A stretch of DNA of 64,000 nt from assembly GCA_002415345.1 (NCBI GenBank), contig DHXV01000003.1, positions 152,213-216,212 of the forward strand. Direction: 5' to 3'. This DNA is from Patescibacteria group bacterium UBA5147. Lineage in GTDB: Bacteria; Patescibacteriota; Saccharimonadia; UBA4664. Position numbers and translations under genes: made by a program. Shown one piece after another: positions 1 to 9,522 of this stretch; within the stretch, counting starts at the first letter, position 1, and each line of letters opens with the position of its first letter. Under the pieces are notes generated by a model. It did no database searches and was not told the DNA's origin. It saw only the letters and a program-made list of their open reading frames with translations.

Positions 1-468
1 TTGCTCAACCTCGTTAAATGCCCTTAATACATACACCTCGCTAGGCTCAATCGAACGGTCGTTGAGGGAAATGCCTACTTTTATCCGCAGGAATCCCTCA
101 CCGATGTGCTGGGCGAGCGACCGAACCCCCTGGTGGCCCCCTGAGCTGGAGCCGTGTCTTACACGCATCCGGCCAAAGGGCGTGTCCACGTCATCGTAGA
201 CGGCCCATGCGGCTTCCGGGGCCACCTTGTACTTCTGCATGATCCGCTGGGCGGCTTCCCCGCTGATGTTCATCATGGTCTGCGGCTTGGCCAAGATTAC
301 CTTCTCGCCGTCTATTTCCAAGGTAGCGATTTCGGCTTTGAGTTTGGCTTCGAGCTTCCAGCGGGCGTCGTAACGTGTGGCCAACTCATCTACCACCATG
401 AAGCCGATATTGTGACGTGTGCGCTCGTAACGGGAACCGACATTGCCAAGGCCGATGATAAGTTTCAT
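1..468 (-). CDS. pth: peptidyl-tRNA hydrolase, C-terminus beyond window start
   Basis: Minus-strand translation starts MKLIIGLGNVGSRYERTRHNIGFMVVDEL (classic Pth N-terminal motif) and runs off the window; ATG overlaps the der stop (ATGA). Confidence 0.85.
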   Translation of the reverse strand, partial: MKLIIGLGNVGSRYERTRHNIGFMVVDELATRYDARWKLEAKLKAEIATLEIDGEKVILAKPQTMMNISGEAAQRIMQKYKVAPEAAWAVYDDVDTPFGRMRVRHGSSSGGHQGVRSLAQHIGEGFLRIKVGISLNDRSIEPSEVYVLRAFNEVEQ

Positions 469-1802
469 TTTACTTTGTGCCGTAAATTATCGCCGTGTTT
501 GTGGCGGAAATCCAGGTGGATCGGCGTACCGGTCAGGTCGTAATTTTCCCGGATGTTGTTTTCCATATACCGACGGTAACTGAAGTGGATCAGATCCGGA
601 TAGGTACAGAACACGGTAATGGTGGGCGGGTTGGTGCCGGTTTGGGTGGCGTAGTTCACTTTGGGGAACTTGCCCTTAAGGCCGGCGGGCGGCTGCTTAG
701 CCACCAGGGCTTCGATAAGCCGGTTGAGCGGGCCGGTCGGCAACACGATTTTGCGGCGCTCCTCAATTTCGACGACCAAGTCGAGGATTTTGGTTATGTG
801 CAGGCCAGTCGTGGCCGAGGTATATACCAGCGGCGCCCAATGCACGAACTGGAAGTCCTGGCGCAATTTGTGGGTCATGGTAGCCTGAGTCTTATCGTCT
901 TTTTCGACGGCGTCCCACTTGTTCATGACGAGTATCAGGCCTTTGCCGGCTTCAATGACCTGGCCGGCGATGTTGAGGTCGGTCGCCACGACGCCGTCGG
1001 TGGCGTCAAGCACTAGCACGCAGACATCGGCCTCATAGATGGCGGTAAGGGTTCGAAGCGAGCTGTATTTTTCGACACCCGGCTCAATTTTGCCGCGGCG
1101 GCGCAGGCCAGCGGTGTCCAGGAGCTCGATTTCGCGATTATGAGCCTTGATTGAATCGCTGGTCACGTCCCGGGTGGTGCCGGGGATATTGGAAACTATG
1201 GATTTCTGCTTGCCGATGAGGGCGTTTAAAATGCTGGATTTGCCGACGTTCGGCCGGCCGATGAGCGCCAGCTTGAGCGGGGCCGTCTCATCCTTTACCG
1301 GCACGCGGTCGAGCTTTTCGACGAGAGCGTCCAATAGGTCGCCCGTCCCGCGGCCGTGGATGGCTGAAACCGGAATGATGTCGGAGATCCCTAGACGGCG
1401 GAACTCGTCGGCTATCAGGTTGCCGGCCGTGTCCGCCTTTGACAGCGCCAAAATTACCGGTTTGCCGGTTTTTAAGGCTAGCCGAGCCGCGTCCTGGTCT
1501 TCGCTTGTAACCATCGTGGCGGCGTCGACGGCGACGACGATGACCGCGGCGGTAGTGGCGACGGCTTTGATCTGATCCTGGGCCTGCAGCTCAATTTCTC
1601 CGTCGGCGCGGCTGAGACCGGCAGTATCGACAATCGTGAAGCGCATGCCGCCCCAATCCACGTTGCCATAATTGGCGTCGCGGGTTGTACCTGGCTGGCC
1701 GTCTGTAATGGCGCTGCGGGTTCCGGTCAGGCGGTTGAACAGGCTGGATTTGCCGACGTTCGGGCGGCCGACGATAGCGACCAATGGGTATTGCGCCGCC
1801 AT
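465..1802 (-). CDS. der: ribosome-associated GTPase Der/EngA (two tandem GTPase domains + KH-like C-terminus)
   Basis: Two G1 motifs GRPNVGKSSLFN and GRPNVGKSSILN, DTAG motifs, NKWD; 445 aa. Confidence 0.9.
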   Translation of the reverse strand: MAAQYPLVAIVGRPNVGKSSLFNRLTGTRSAITDGQPGTTRDANYGNVDWGGMRFTIVDTAGLSRADGEIELQAQDQIKAVATTAAVIVVAVDAATMVTSEDQDAARLALKTGKPVILALSKADTAGNLIADEFRRLGISDIIPVSAIHGRGTGDLLDALVEKLDRVPVKDETAPLKLALIGRPNVGKSSILNALIGKQKSIVSNIPGTTRDVTSDSIKAHNREIELLDTAGLRRRGKIEPGVEKYSSLRTLTAIYEADVCVLVLDATDGVVATDLNIAGQVIEAGKGLILVMNKWDAVEKDDKTQATMTHKLRQDFQFVHWAPLVYTSATTGLHITKILDLVVEIEERRKIVLPTGPLNRLIEALVAKQPPAGLKGKFPKVNYATQTGTNPPTITVFCTYPDLIHFSYRRYMENNIRENYDLTGTPIHLDFRHKHGDNLRHKVK

Positions 1803-1827
1803 TAGTTGGTTCCCCGTTTACGTTTTG

Positions 1828-2736
1828 TTAGAGCCATTGCCATGATTGACCAATCCAGTTAACTAATTCTTGAGTATCGCCGAAACGATCGTCCGCACCA
1901 AGGAGCACGGTCACTATTTCGTGGCCGCCTGAGTTGGAGATACCGATGAAGCACTCACCTGAGGCTTCGGTGTATCCTGTTTTTATACCATAAAAAGTGC
2001 CCGTAGCCAAGAGGCGATTGGTGTTGGTCAGGTTAAATGTCCGGCCGCCTGCGCTGGTGATAACTGCGGTTGGTTGTTTTACAGTCGAGGCGATAAACGG
2101 TTGATTGATGGCCAGGGCTCCAATTTGACCGAGCGTGCGGGCCGTGGTGTAGTTGCCGTCATCAATCAGCCCGGTGGCATTGGAGAAATGAGTTCCGTTG
2201 AGGTGCCACTGCGCCATCTTGGCATTCATTCGTCCGGAAAAGGAGCTCACCGAACCGGAATCGTAGATTGCCAGAGCATCGGCTGCGTCGTTGGCCGACG
2301 GCACGAGTGCGGCCGTCACCAGATCCCTCACAGTATAAACTTCCCCCTCATGTAAGCCGATAGTTTCGGCTGAACTGTCATAATCGGGCAGTTTGCCGAT
2401 AGTCACGCTATCGGTCAGCTTGTGCCGGTCCAAGATAACCATGACCGTAATGAGCTTGGTAATGGAGGCGATAGGGCGTTTCTGGTCGATGTTTTGGCTG
2501 TACAGCGGCATGGCCGTGACCCGGTCGAAGGCGTAGACGCTGGCGGTCGCTTTGAGCGTCAAAGGTATCTTGGCAGTTAATACCGGGATAGTTTGGGCGC
2601 TGGCCGGAAGCGGGGGCAGGACGGTCACGTGCGGGCTGGCGGCTCCTGCAAGGCCTGCATGGGCTTCATTGCTCAGGTGGGGCCAGATTCCCGTCAGTTG
2701 GAGCGCCAAAGTCATAAAAAGTGCCAAGGTGGTCAT
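1828..2736 (-). CDS. serine-type D-Ala-D-Ala carboxypeptidase (PBP5/S11 family), secreted
   Basis: Signal peptide; SITK (SxxK), SAND (SxN), KTGYT (KTG) motifs in the order expected for low-MW PBPs. Confidence 0.8.
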   Translation of the reverse strand: MTTLALFMTLALQLTGIWPHLSNEAHAGLAGAASPHVTVLPPLPASAQTIPVLTAKIPLTLKATASVYAFDRVTAMPLYSQNIDQKRPIASITKLITVMVILDRHKLTDSVTIGKLPDYDSSAETIGLHEGEVYTVRDLVTAALVPSANDAADALAIYDSGSVSSFSGRMNAKMAQWHLNGTHFSNATGLIDDGNYTTARTLGQIGALAINQPFIASTVKQPTAVITSAGGRTFNLTNTNRLLATGTFYGIKTGYTEASGECFIGISNSGGHEIVTVLLGADDRFGDTQELVNWIGQSWQWL

Positions 2737-3416
2737 AGTTGCGGCTCCTCGCCGGATATGCGGTAGGTGCCGGATTTTAAATCTCCCAGCTTTGTAGCGC
2801 CGAACTGGACACGGTGGAGCCGCTTTACCCGGTAACCGATTGCCTCGGCGGTTCGCCGTAGCTGGCGGTTGCGCCCCTCCTGAAGCCCCACTGTGATGTC
2901 GGCGCCTTTGGAACTGACAATGCGGACGCGGCTGATGCCATCCTCCAGCTCAATCCCCTGCTGCAGTCGTTTTAGGTCATTGGGGGTTATCGCGCGGTTT
3001 AAGGTCAGTTCGTAGATTTTCTCTTTCCCGGACGAGGGGTGCATGGCCCGATTCAGAAACTCACCGTCGTTCGATAATAGCAGCAGTCCGCTGGAATCCT
3101 TGTCCAGCCGCCCGACAGGATTGACAGCCTGAAGTTCCTGCGGCAACAACTCGTAGATGGTGGGTGCGGAGCCTTGCCTAGTGCGGCTGACGACATAACC
3201 TTTGGGCTTATTGAGGGCAACGTAATGGAATTCGGTCGGTAGCGTCAGTACCTGGCCGTCGAGCGCGATGGTCGCGGCAGCGTCGACTGTCGACCCCACA
3301 CTACCCGGCTGGCCGTTAACCGTGACCCGCCCGGAAGCAATCGCTTCGTCGGCGCCGCGACGGGACAGCCGGGACGCCGCCGCCACGTAGCGGTTAAGCC
3401 TCATCGGGCACTTCAT
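2733..3416 (-). CDS. rRNA pseudouridine synthase, RsuA/RluB family (S4 domain + catalytic domain)
   Basis: N-terminal S4-like MRLNRYVA...; catalytic motif GRLDKDSSGLLLLSNDG. True start probably the internal Met at ~3404. Confidence 0.85.
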   Translation of the reverse strand: MKCPMRLNRYVAAASRLSRRGADEAIASGRVTVNGQPGSVGSTVDAAATIALDGQVLTLPTEFHYVALNKPKGYVVSRTRQGSAPTIYELLPQELQAVNPVGRLDKDSSGLLLLSNDGEFLNRAMHPSSGKEKIYELTLNRAITPNDLKRLQQGIELEDGISRVRIVSSKGADITVGLQEGRNRQLRRTAEAIGYRVKRLHRVQFGATKLGDLKSGTYRISGEEPQL

Positions 3417-3927
3417 CGGCGTTGGGGAGCGGCGGGAGCTCGGCTAAGCTTGTTAGGCCGACCTGGCCCAGGAAGCTATGGCTGACCGCGTATAACGGTG
3501 GATGCCCAGGCTCATCGGCGGTTCCCTGTTCGACGATCAGGCCACGCTGCATGAGGTTGCGCAACATGGTGTCGGAGGCGACGCCGCGCAGCTGGTCGAT
3601 GGCCGCCTTAGCGACCGGCCCCTGATAGGCGATAATTGCCAGTGTTTCCATCGCGGGACGGGACAGCTCAGTCTTAGCTTCGGCTACCAGGAACCGACGT
3701 ACGTCGTCGCTATACTCGGGAGCGGTGACCAGACGGTAGCAATCATGATGATCGGTCAAGCGCAATGGGCCGCTGTCTAAACGCGATGATAGGGCTGACA
3801 GTCCGGCCGCAACGTCCTCTTGGGGCTCGTCAAGGGCGGCAGCCAGCTGTGCGCTATTAACCGGCTCGCTGGCAATGAACAGCAGTGCCATTAGGCGGTC
3901 GTGAATTTCAGCCATGGGCCGCCTCAA
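3394..3927 (-). CDS. scpB: segregation and condensation protein B
   Basis: Winged-helix ScpB-like sequence (ALFIASEPV...TLAIIAYQGPV...LRNLMQRGLI); follows scpA with overlap. Confidence 0.8.
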   Translation of the reverse strand: MRRPMAEIHDRLMALLFIASEPVNSAQLAAALDEPQEDVAAGLSALSSRLDSGPLRLTDHHDCYRLVTAPEYSDDVRRFLVAEAKTELSRPAMETLAIIAYQGPVAKAAIDQLRGVASDTMLRNLMQRGLIVEQGTADEPGHPPLYAVSHSFLGQVGLTSLAELPPLPNADEVPDEA

Positions 3928-4594
3928 TCATGATGGCGCTGAACTGGCCGTCTTGCACCACCGTCGCTTCCCCGCTTTTGAGGAGTTCCAGCAGGGCCAT
4001 GAATATAAGGATAATTGCGAACCGGTCGGTGGCGGCGTCTAAAACAGTATGAAGTTCGAACGAGCCCGCCTTGAGGCGTTGTTTCAAATCTGTCATAACG
4101 CTTTTCTGGCTGATGCCCTGTTCAATAATGCCGCTGCCGGCGAGCGGTTCGGCGCGCTTTAAGGCGCGCGTAAAGGCGTCCTGAAGCGCTTCCAACTTGA
4201 GCCTGGGCAGCGGTAATTCCTCCGTCGGCAGCTTGGACACGGCACTGCGTTGCCAGGTCGGATTGCCGAGCATTGAGGACAGTATCCTGGCTGCTTGTTG
4301 ATACCGGCGGTACTCGGCCAGTTCCAGCGTCAGACGATCAAGCTCCTCGGCTTGATGATTGCTTTCACGCGGCAATAACGACAAACTTTTTATATACAAC
4401 AGCCTTGAACCCAGGCGGAGGAAGTCGCTTAAGTCTTCAGGCTGGAGGTTAGTCATAGCGTTGACGTGGGCCAAATAATCGGCCGTGATGACGCTCACTG
4501 AAACCGCCGACAGCTCAACTTTGCCCTTTTCGGCTAGTTCTAACAGTAATCCTAATGGGCCTTCGAACGAGGGCGCCGAAACTGAATTTATCAT
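3908..4594 (-). CDS. scpA: segregation and condensation protein A (kleisin)
   Basis: ScpA-like N-terminus (FEGPLGLLLELAEKGKVELSAVSVSVITADYLAHV) and conserved C-terminal region; adjacent to scpB. Confidence 0.8.
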   Translation of the reverse strand: MINSVSAPSFEGPLGLLLELAEKGKVELSAVSVSVITADYLAHVNAMTNLQPEDLSDFLRLGSRLLYIKSLSLLPRESNHQAEELDRLTLELAEYRRYQQAARILSSMLGNPTWQRSAVSKLPTEELPLPRLKLEALQDAFTRALKRAEPLAGSGIIEQGISQKSVMTDLKQRLKAGSFELHTVLDAATDRFAIILIFMALLELLKSGEATVVQDGQFSAIMIEAAHG

Positions 4595-4642
4595 ATTCTC
4601 ATTGTAACAAGGCGCAAACGCTTATGCTATGAATGGTGCGGT

Positions 4643-4951
4643 TCAGAGTTCCAGCGAACCGGATGATGTCTGATTGACCGGCATGGAGTCTTGAAGGACC
4701 GACATGCCCTGGGCGATAACGATCCCGACCCCAAGCGCCACTATCGCCGCCACGATCAAGGTAATGACGGCAACACGGCGGATGGTGGCCTCATAATCTT
4801 CATTGAGGCGGTCATCGACACCACGGTATTGCTCAAAGATGTCGTCGCGGTAGACATAATTCGAACCGATTGACATGGGCATGGTCTCGTAAAAATCATT
4901 ATCCGATGACACCGCGGGCGTGCGTTTTGCTCTGGGCTTGTTGGGTTCCAT
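4643..4951 (-). CDS. hypothetical small membrane protein (1 TM)
   Basis: 102-aa ORF with a central hydrophobic helix (VAVITLIVAAIVALGVGIVIAQG). Confidence 0.45.
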   Translation of the reverse strand: MEPNKPRAKRTPAVSSDNDFYETMPMSIGSNYVYRDDIFEQYRGVDDRLNEDYEATIRRVAVITLIVAAIVALGVGIVIAQGMSVLQDSMPVNQTSSGSLEL

Positions 4952-5027
4952 ACGCTGCTCCTTCCTCTAGGGTAGAATTATTGTATCGCTTCAGCTGGGG
5001 CTAAGCATTGGAATAACCCATAAAAAC

Positions 5028-5054
5028 AAACCGCTTCCATAACGGAAGCGGTTT
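5028..5054 (-). terminator. rho-independent terminator (bidirectional-type hairpin) downstream of the RR/HK operon
   Basis: Perfect 11-bp stem AAACCGCTTCC-ATAAC-GGAAGCGGTTT flanked by A-tract upstream and T-tract downstream. Confidence 0.7.
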
Positions 5055-5091
5055 GTTTATGTTAACGCTAATGCTCGTTGGAGGATGGTCT

Positions 5092-5463
5092 TTAGGCTCC
5101 GGCCAGTTCCTGCTTCACGGCGTTTACGACGTCCTCCAGTGTGACTTGGGATTTGATGAGGTATTTGTTGACGCCGAGGCTCTCACCGCGCTGTCGGTCG
5201 GTATCCTGGCTGAGGGCGGTCATCATGATAACCTTGGTGTCTTTGGTTTCCGGAGTGGAGCGCAGGATATCAAGGACGTCGAAACCGGAAATCTTGGGCA
5301 TCATAACATCAAGGACAATCAGGTCGGGGCGCTCACGGACGGCGGTCGCCAAGGCTTCCTCGCCATCGCTGGCCGTAATTACGTCGTAGGTTTCCGCGGC
5401 AAAGCGCGCTGAATAAATTTCCCGTAGGTTGGTGTCGTCTTCGACGAGTAATATCTTTGCCAT
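5092..5463 (-). CDS. response regulator, receiver (CheY-like) domain only
   Basis: ILLVEDD...DLIVLDVMMPKISGFDV...KVIMMTA; no output domain (123 aa). Confidence 0.85.
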   Translation of the reverse strand: MAKILLVEDDTNLREIYSARFAAETYDVITASDGEEALATAVRERPDLIVLDVMMPKISGFDVLDILRSTPETKDTKVIMMTALSQDTDRQRGESLGVNKYLIKSQVTLEDVVNAVKQELAGA

Positions 5464-5521
5464 AAGTAGTTATATGATACCTGTTTAGTTTAAGCTTAAC
5501 AACATTATATACTCAGGCCAG

Positions 5522-7363
5522 CTAATTAACACGGCGCCCTTTACCGAGGTCCATCGCCCGCTCACCCGGGACCGGCATGGCTATTGGTTGGGCGGAGATT
5601 GCAGGTCCGGCCTGGGGCGCGCTGGTGGGCTGGATGACTTGGCCCGGAGCCGTGGCGGTCTTGGCTGTCCCCGCCTGGGCGGAACTGTCGATGGCTGCTT
5701 TCATCCGGTCAGCCTCGGCCGCGGACAGGCGGGGCAGCTCAATATGAAAGGTGCTGCCGTGGCCGATCTTTGACGTTACCCAGACGCGCCCGTTAAAAAA
5801 CTCTACGACGGTGCGGCATAAATACAGTCCAAGGCCAGTGCCTCCGATAGTGCGCGTGGCGGAGCTGTCAATGCGGTAGAACTTCTGGAACAAGTGCGGT
5901 ATATCCTCGTTGGCAATACCCAGGCCCGTGTCGCTCACGTCAATCTGAGTGAACTTGTCGTTGCCGGTGAGGTTGATGGTAATGCCACCCTCGGCCGTAA
6001 ACTTAATAGCGTTATCTATGAGGTTCATGACCACTTCCCGGAGACGTTCCGGGTTGGCAGCCACGTAATACAGGGGTGCCACCGTCTTACCACTGGAATT
6101 CGACAATTGGAAGGTCAGGTTGAGATGCTTTTTCTGGGCCACGAACTGCATGTCATCCGCCACACTCTGGAGCAGCTCACTCAGGTTGAGCGGCTCTATC
6201 TTCATTTGCATACTGCCCTCTTCCGCCTTGGTCACCGACAGCAGGTCGCGGAACAATTCGCCCAGATGCTGGATGCTCTCGTGGGCCTTGGTCAGATAAT
6301 TCAGTGCCCGCTCGTCGATAGTCGCAATGTTGGGATTCATGGCCAGAGAAATATAGCCCTCGATGGCCGCCACCGGGGTGCGCATTTCATGGGAGGCCGT
6401 TGAAACGAACTCGTCTTTCTGGCGTTCAACGGCTTTTTCATGGCTGACGTCACGAAACAGTGCGATGGCGCCGCTAACAATGTTATTGGCACCCAATATC
6501 GGCGATATGGACAGGTTCAAGGCAATTTTACGGCCGTCGCGGGACGTCATGAACAGATTGTCACAGGTGACCTGCTGCCGTTTGTCCCAGGCGGCGTCGA
6601 ACGGATTGTTGGCCGGGGTGAGGTCCTGATCTTTTTCGTCTTGGAGGAGGAGCACCAAATTGTAATCAATGCCCTGGGCGCTGTTCTCGTCCCAACCGGT
6701 CAGCTGCTGGGCGGCCTTGTTAAATAGCTGGATCTGCCGGCTGGCGTTAATTACCATAACGCCCTCACCGATGCTGGCCACCAATGCCTGAGCTTTGAGT
6801 TGTTCCTCATTGAGCTGGCCGCTCAGGTCGTCCAATTTGCTGCCAGCGGCGGTGGCTTTGCGCGAGCGGCTGTGGACCCACTCGGCCAATCCGCCGGCGA
6901 CCACCGTTATCGCCAGCTGTATCAGGTGATCGCCGATGTACTTGCTGTTAAAGTCGGTCACGATTAGCGTGTAGAGGAAATAAGCCAGCGTACTGGCGAG
7001 GATAAGCAGGGTCTCGCGGCGTCCAAAGATGCCGGCTACCACGATAGCCAATAACCAGAGCGAATAATACGGCGAGTCCAAGCCGCCCGTGCTCGCGATG
7101 ACCAGAACAAAGTTGAACGTCGTAATCAGGGTAAGCAGGAGGGTCGACAACGCCAAACGCTTGCGCCCGATAATTTGGTGCAGGCTGATGTAGTAAGCGA
7201 CGGCTACTGCTCCAAGGACCGCGTTGGCCATGGATGCCCCCATATTGGCAATGGTATCGGGGCTGAGGCCGTAAATCCCAAAGATAACCACGGCAATCAA
7301 ACCGCTCAGGGCGGCTTGGACTCGGGACAATAGGATGAGGCTGCGGTTGCGTTGGTCCAACAT
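5522..7363 (-). CDS. sensor histidine kinase (multi-TM N-terminal domain, PAS, HisKA, HATPase_c, long Ala/Pro/Gln-rich C-terminal tail)
   Basis: H-box STASHEMRTP; N-box NLIDNAIKFT; G-boxes DTGLGI and GGTGLGLYLC; about 4-5 predicted TM helices at N-terminus. Confidence 0.9.
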   Translation of the reverse strand: MLDQRNRSLILLSRVQAALSGLIAVVIFGIYGLSPDTIANMGASMANAVLGAVAVAYYISLHQIIGRKRLALSTLLLTLITTFNFVLVIASTGGLDSPYYSLWLLAIVVAGIFGRRETLLILASTLAYFLYTLIVTDFNSKYIGDHLIQLAITVVAGGLAEWVHSRSRKATAAGSKLDDLSGQLNEEQLKAQALVASIGEGVMVINASRQIQLFNKAAQQLTGWDENSAQGIDYNLVLLLQDEKDQDLTPANNPFDAAWDKRQQVTCDNLFMTSRDGRKIALNLSISPILGANNIVSGAIALFRDVSHEKAVERQKDEFVSTASHEMRTPVAAIEGYISLAMNPNIATIDERALNYLTKAHESIQHLGELFRDLLSVTKAEEGSMQMKIEPLNLSELLQSVADDMQFVAQKKHLNLTFQLSNSSGKTVAPLYYVAANPERLREVVMNLIDNAIKFTAEGGITINLTGNDKFTQIDVSDTGLGIANEDIPHLFQKFYRIDSSATRTIGGTGLGLYLCRTVVEFFNGRVWVTSKIGHGSTFHIELPRLSAAEADRMKAAIDSSAQAGTAKTATAPGQVIQPTSAPQAGPAISAQPIAMPVPGERAMDLGKGRRVN

Positions 7364-7468
7364 GGTGCTTACGCTTAATTATGCTTCAATTACGCCAGTT
7401 CCGCAACCTGGATTACGGTGGACGCCTAGGCATAATTATGCTAATCTGTCATAGTTGTCCGGATTATC

Positions 7469-7544
7469 CGGTCCCATCGTCTAGCGGTTAGGACGTCGCC
7501 CTCTCACGGCGGTAACCGGGGTTCGATTCCCCGTGGGACTACCA
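7469..7544 (+). tRNA. tRNA-Glu (anticodon CTC), CCA encoded
   Basis: Cloverleaf folded by hand: acceptor GGTCCCA/TGGGACT (G1-U72 wobble), anticodon loop CTCTCAC, T-arm CGGGG-TTCGATT-CCCCG, discriminator A + CCA. Confidence 0.9.
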
Positions 7545-7553
7545 ATATAAAAA

Positions 7554-7575
7554 CCCGACCTTGTGTCGGGTTTTT
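7554..7575 (+). terminator. rho-independent terminator immediately after tRNA-Glu
   Basis: CCCGAC-cttgt-GTCGGG followed by TTTTT. Confidence 0.65.
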
Positions 7576-7654
7576 ATATTGACCGTGATGCCCCGGAATC
7601 GAACGTCGCTGGTTCGGCGTAGCGAGCGTAGTCGAGCGGAGGTCGCGCAGCGAC

Positions 7655-7673
7655 ATTCCCCGTGGGACTACCA
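7655..7673 (+). repeat. direct repeat: 19-nt copy of the tRNA-Glu 3' end (ATTCCCCGTGGGACTACCA), 110 bp downstream of the gene
   Basis: Identical to 7526..7544; no matching 5' acceptor half upstream, so not a second tRNA. Confidence 0.7.
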
Positions 7674-7853
7674 GCAATTATTATCCGAATTTTTCTGCAT
7701 AAGCAGCTGATTTAAGGCTATGGCAGGAAAGTATTAAGAGCGCGTTACCGCGGCCCGGGAGGCGTATTCGGGCAGTCGTACGAAGATCAGTTGCCGGTTG
7801 GTGTAAAATGAGTCTACGCAAGGTCCTTTGACTCATCTAGACAGGAGAGCGAC

Positions 7854-8228
7854 ATGTCGCAGAGTGCGGTTGGACACAGGCGTGAACCGGGCGAGATGAT
7901 CCCGTGGGTGCGCAACCTGATGTGGGCTTGTCTGGCCGTTGGGCTCGCCTCGGTGATGCTCACAAAAAACCACTACGCAGGCCAGGTGTTTCCCGAATGG
8001 TTGCTGGGGGTATTGATGGTCGGCACGGTTGGGCCTGCCATCGTCCTGTCGGCGAATGCGGCGCTCAGGAGCGTCTACCAGAACCAAGTAGAATCGGACC
8101 AACATTGGCAAGCCTCATTGGATCAACAACTAGTGGCTGCCACGGTGGCGATCTGCCGGCGTGAGCTGGCGAGTTTGCCAGGCAAAGAGCGCCGCGAGGT
8201 GTTACGAAGACTCCGTACGAACGGATGA
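7854..8228 (+). CDS. hypothetical membrane protein (2 TM)
   Basis: Good SD (AGGAGAG) 5 nt upstream of ATG; two hydrophobic helices. Confidence 0.55.
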   Translation: MSQSAVGHRREPGEMIPWVRNLMWACLAVGLASVMLTKNHYAGQVFPEWLLGVLMVGTVGPAIVLSANAALRSVYQNQVESDQHWQASLDQQLVAATVAICRRELASLPGKERREVLRRLRTNG

Positions 8229-8607
8229 TCGGCGTAACCAGGATTTAGACTAGGGAAAACAATCCCCGATGACGTGGCCCCCGAGGCACCTTATCGGGGG
8301 TTCGTCATGCAAGGGGTTATTTGGCGGTAGAATCCTTACGACGCGCCATGAGTCTAAACATCTCTTACCTCCCCTACTTCTACTATGGTGACTTCGCCGT
8401 TGTAGTAGCTAAACCCTAGTTCATCCAATTTCTCATACATCGAAGTCAAACTAGGGTAAACGGTGTTCCATCTACGGGCAACTAGGCCTACCAAGGTATT
8501 ATTTGTCTCTGCACAGCCATTGTCAGTGTTTCAACCCCTGTAACAAGAAGAGCCCCCGGCGCGAGGCTAAGGGCCTTCCCGCTAGGGGCTGTGTCGCAAT
8601 ATTAGGT

Positions 8608-9318
8608 TTAAGCTTGCTGGCGTTCGACGGCGGCAAGCCACCAGTTTTCCCGGCTGACTTGATCAAGCATGGCTTGGCCTCGAGCGAATTCGGAACCCTC
8701 CTGAAAACTGAGGGCAGATTCCAGGGTTGCGACGATCTGTTCTTGTAGCCACTCGGCATCCCTGGCGCCAATGCGGAGCAGACCCAAGTAGCACTCAGCG
8801 ATGTGACGGTTGATAAGCCCGCGATGAGCGTCAGTGAGCGTCTTGTCGTCCTCGGCTTCAAAGTAGATGGCCAGAGCTGCTTCAAATTTGTTCTTAGCTG
8901 CTTCCTGGTCTTGGGCGTCTTCGAAGTAATATGCCTCAGCTTGGCGCTGCTCTGCCTCGGATCCGTGCTTGGCAATCTCTGCCGTGAGTAGGTGTTCGGC
9001 AGCAGTCAGACCTTGATTACGAGCGATCGTCTCCGCAAGTAGTAGATAACTGAGACCTTGGACTATTTCGTCGGCGTCCAGATAAATTAAGCCTTGAACG
9101 ATTTGCCGCCCAGCTCGGGCCTGGGAGCCGCGCGGGCCGTTTTTCGGGAAGTCGACCTGGGATTCGGATGTGTCTACGTACAGGTTCCAAAGCCCCCGTG
9201 TCGGTTCTCCCTTGTTGATTGCCGAGACGATTTGCATGTGCAGGATGCTATGCGTTTCATCCTCGATAAATCCCCATTCTGCTGCAAGTTTTAGAATAGC
9301 AGGCTTTTGAGAGGGCAT
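8608..9318 (-). CDS. hypothetical protein (TPR-like helical C-terminal half)
   Basis: 236-aa ORF with no recognised catalytic motif; the overlapping 8523..8975 ORF in another frame is low-complexity and judged spurious. Confidence 0.55.
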   Translation of the reverse strand: MPSQKPAILKLAAEWGFIEDETHSILHMQIVSAINKGEPTRGLWNLYVDTSESQVDFPKNGPRGSQARAGRQIVQGLIYLDADEIVQGLSYLLLAETIARNQGLTAAEHLLTAEIAKHGSEAEQRQAEAYYFEDAQDQEAAKNKFEAALAIYFEAEDDKTLTDAHRGLINRHIAECYLGLLRIGARDAEWLQEQIVATLESALSFQEGSEFARGQAMLDQVSRENWWLAAVERQQA

Positions 9319-9522
9319 GGCTAATCCTTTTTCCTAGGGGGAATTGCCGATACATATTATAACATCAAAAATAGACTCTTATAAGGGTTTAGTCGATTCC
9401 ATCGTAAGATTTCTGTGCTTAGCTCGTTCCAAATCGAAGGCAGTTGGTTTACGAATGAAAATGCTCCACTCAAGTGGGGCATTTCATTGGTTATCCTTTA
9501 GTTATCGAACGGCTTCTCATGG

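Noticed and set aside
495-1669. Plus-strand ORFs (495..1016, 1147..1575 and others) inside the der gene
   Set aside because: They lie antisense to a clearly conserved GTPase gene and have no motifs; treated as shadow ORFs. The same applies to the many antisense ORFs within the HKs, atp genes, MFS pumps, the P-type ATPase etc. (e.g. 36357..37100, 5894..6403).
7581-7673. Possible second tRNA gene after tRNA-Glu
   Set aside because: Only the 3' acceptor/T-arm 19-mer is duplicated; no complementary 5' acceptor strand, D-arm or anticodon arm could be folded; called a direct repeat instead.
8229-8607. Possible structured ncRNA in the 380-bp gap between convergent genes
   Set aside because: Several imperfect inverted repeats (e.g. 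CCCCCGAGG..TCGGGGG, ACCCTAGTT..AACTAGGGT) are present, but no coherent conserved structure or known motif; probably terminator/UTR sequence.
8523-8975. 150-aa minus-strand ORF overlapping 8608..9318 in another frame
   Set aside because: Low-complexity, Arg/Ser/Thr/Pro-rich translation typical of an out-of-frame artefact; the longer 236-aa frame is preferred.
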